From assembly GCA_964460345.1 (NCBI GenBank), contig CAYWRO010000011.1:1872-65871 (forward strand): a stretch of DNA of 64,000 bases. The letters are read 5' to 3'. Below the pieces are notes generated by a model, which searched no databases, was not told where the DNA came from, and was given only the letters and a program-made list of their open reading frames with translations. The position numbers and the translations under genes are program-made. This document shows, in pieces, positions 62,242 through 64,000 of this stretch. Source of the DNA: an uncultured Phycisphaeraceae bacterium. GTDB lineage: Bacteria > Planctomycetota > Phycisphaerae > Phycisphaerales > UBA1924. Numbering within the stretch: the stretch's first letter is position 1; each line of letters opens with the position of its first letter.

Positions 62242-64000
62242 CTACTTCTTCTTCCCCTTCCGCGGGTTCCGGTGCTCCGTCTTCCCGCGGTCGCGCTGCT
62301 TGCTGCGGCGTGAGCGCTTCTCCGCCCCCGTGCTCTTGCGGCCCTTGAAGGCGTCCCAGTCGATGTTCAAGCCGCCCTCGCCCAGCCCGCCCGTCAGGTC
62401 GCGGCGCTTGCCGACGTCGCGCGACTTGGAGTCCGCCAGCACGACGGTCAGCCGACGCGCGGACAGGTCGATCTCCGCGATCCGAACCGTCACGCGGTCG
62501 CCGATGCGGAAGGAGCGCCCCGTCGAGGCGTTCACGAGCGAGCCGGTGCGCTGGTCGATCCGCCACCCGCCCGGCCCGCCCTGGCCCCCCGGCAGGTCCG
62601 ACGTCGGGATCGCGCCGTCGGCCCGGTACTTCTCGATCTGCACGAAGACCTGCCGCGGCGACACGCCCGTGACGATCGCGGGGAAGTCTTCGCCCGCCTT
62701 GGTCTCGAGGAACTGCAGCACGAGGAACTGCCGCAGGTCGCGCTCCGCCTCCTGCGCCTGCACTTCCGTGTTCGAGCAGTGCCGCCCGATGATGACGAGC
62801 TCATCCTGGTTGGGCACCTTGCCGGAGTCGAGCATGTCGCTTCCGAGGTTGCGGCGGGCGTTCTCGTTGGTCGGGATCTTCTCGCCGTTGTCGGTGCGCT
62901 TGAGGTACTCGGCCAGCGCGCGGTGCACCGTCAGGTCCGGGTAGCGGCGGATCGGGCTGGTGAAGTGCGCGTACGCCTCGCTGGCGAGCGCGAAGTGGCC
63001 GACGAGCGCGGGGGAATACTCGGCTTTCGAGAGCGTCCGCAGCAGCGCCATGTGCACGGCGGGGGCGATCGGCGTGCCGGCGGTGGCGTCGAGGATCGAC
63101 TGCAACTCTTCGCGCGTCGGGCTCTTGGGGATCTTGATCCCCGCGACCGAGGCGCTGATGCGCAGCTCTTCCGTGTCTCCCGGCGTCGGCTCCGGGTGGA
63201 TGCGCCGCAGGAGCGGCACGCCGAGCCCTTCGAAGAGGCGCGCGAGGACTTCGTTCGCCTCGACCATGAACATCTCGATGAGCGTGTGCGTGAAGGCGTC
63301 GTCCTCCGGGTGCACATCGATCACGCGGCCGGAATCGTCGAACTCCAGCTCGGCGTCCGGCAGCTCCAGGTGGATCATCCCCGCCTTGCGGCGCCGCTCG
63401 CGGATGGCGTGGGCGAGCGTGTTCATCTCGCGCAGCGCCTGGATGAGCTCATCCGTGTACTTCGGCTCCGTTTTGGCGTGCTTGCGGGCTTCCTTGATGT
63501 CGCCGTCGATCAGCGCCTGGGCTTCGAGATACGTCAGGCGCTTGTTGGACTTGATCACCGTGTTGGCGACGCCTTCTCCGGTGCGCCGCCCCTGCCGGTC
63601 GTAGCGCATGAACGCGCTCTTGGTGAAGCGCGTCACGCCCTCGGCCAGCGAGCAGATGCCATTGGAGAGAATCTCCGGCAGCATCGGGATCACCAGCCGC
63701 GGCAGGTAGACGCTGTTGCCGCGCTGGTGCGCCTCGACGTCCATGGGCGAACCCGCCGTGACGAAGTGCGAAACGTCCGCGATGTGCACGATCAGTTCCC
63801 AGCCGTCGCCATCCTCCGTGCGGCGGATGCTGATCGCATCGTCGTAGTCGCGCGCATCGGGCGGGTCGATCGTCGCGGTGAACGTCTCGCGATGATCCTC
63901 GCGGATCGTCCGGTCGTACCCCTCCTTCTCCAGCCGCTCGACCTCTTCCTCAAACTCCGCCGTGACGCGCCGCGCGTGTTCGACGACCCCCTTCGGAAAC
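62242..64000 (-). CDS. rnr: Ribonuclease R (N-terminus beyond the window end)
   Basis: RNB motif TIDPPDARDYDDAISI upstream of the track ORF (read by me in frame to position 64000), then a C-terminal S1 domain and a Lys/Arg-rich tail. Confidence 0.9.
   Translation of the reverse strand, partial: FPKGVVEHARRVTAEFEEEVERLEKEGYDRTIREDHRETFTATIDPPDARDYDDAISIRRTEDGDGWELIVHIADVSHFVTAGSPMDVEAHQRGNSVYLPRLVIPMLPEILSNGICSLAEGVTRFTKSAFMRYDRQGRRTGEGVANTVIKSNKRLTYLEAQALIDGDIKEARKHAKTEPKYTDELIQALREMNTLAHAIRERRRKAGMIHLELPDAELEFDDSGRVIDVHPEDDAFTHTLIEMFMVEANEVLARLFEGLGVPLLRRIHPEPTPGDTEELRISASVAGIKIPKSPTREELQSILDATAGTPIAPAVHMALLRTLSKAEYSPALVGHFALASEAYAHFTSPIRRYPDLTVHRALAEYLKRTDNGEKIPTNENARRNLGSDMLDSGKVPNQDELVIIGRHCSNTEVQAQEAERDLRQFLVLQFLETKAGEDFPAIVTGVSPRQVFVQIEKYRADGAIPTSDLPGGQGGPGGWRIDQRTGSLVNASTGRSFRIGDRVTVRIAEIDLSARRLTVVLADSKSRDVGKRRDLTGGLGEGGLNIDWDAFKGRKSTGAEKRSRRSKQRDRGKTEHRNPRKGKKK

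Overview
Visibly high-GC bacterial chromosomal segment. It most resembles a Planctomycetota (Phycisphaerae-like) genome: prepilin-type N-termini on non-pilus proteins, five secreted proteins ending in a DVFDLLAYLD.WF 'GC-type dockerin' tail, and one PEP-CTERM-like tail. All product calls rest on motifs I recognise in the translations; no searches were run. Gene content is mostly housekeeping: pfkA, an hsp20-hsp20-htrA cluster, rsmA, mcsA/mcsB, rpmE, metH, carB, infA, a PurS-PurL fusion, an RND efflux pair and rnr. There is also a ParD/ParE pair, a GspD/GspE pair, and a roughly 15 kb LacI-associated beta-glucan utilisation locus (GH144-like, GH94, ABC importer, pseudopilin-like gene, dockerin-tailed exoproteins). 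No transposase, integrase, CRISPR, rRNA or tRNA was found. The unusual content is repeat DNA rather than a gene cassette. (1) Three sequence-unrelated intergenic tandem arrays all have an exact 21-bp period and about 11-12 units. (2) A 24-nt self-hairpin palindromic element occurs once in an intergenic spacer and once in frame inside the ABC solute-binding gene. (3) Purine-rich octamer-repeat hairpin elements sit in frame inside carB (two copies sharing a 25-nt identical core) and probably purL, with one intergenic copy. (4) carB also carries a 119-codon lower-GC insertion. I could not identify a clear novel multi-gene system; the phased 21-bp arrays and the in-frame palindromic insertions are the best candidates for undescribed biology.
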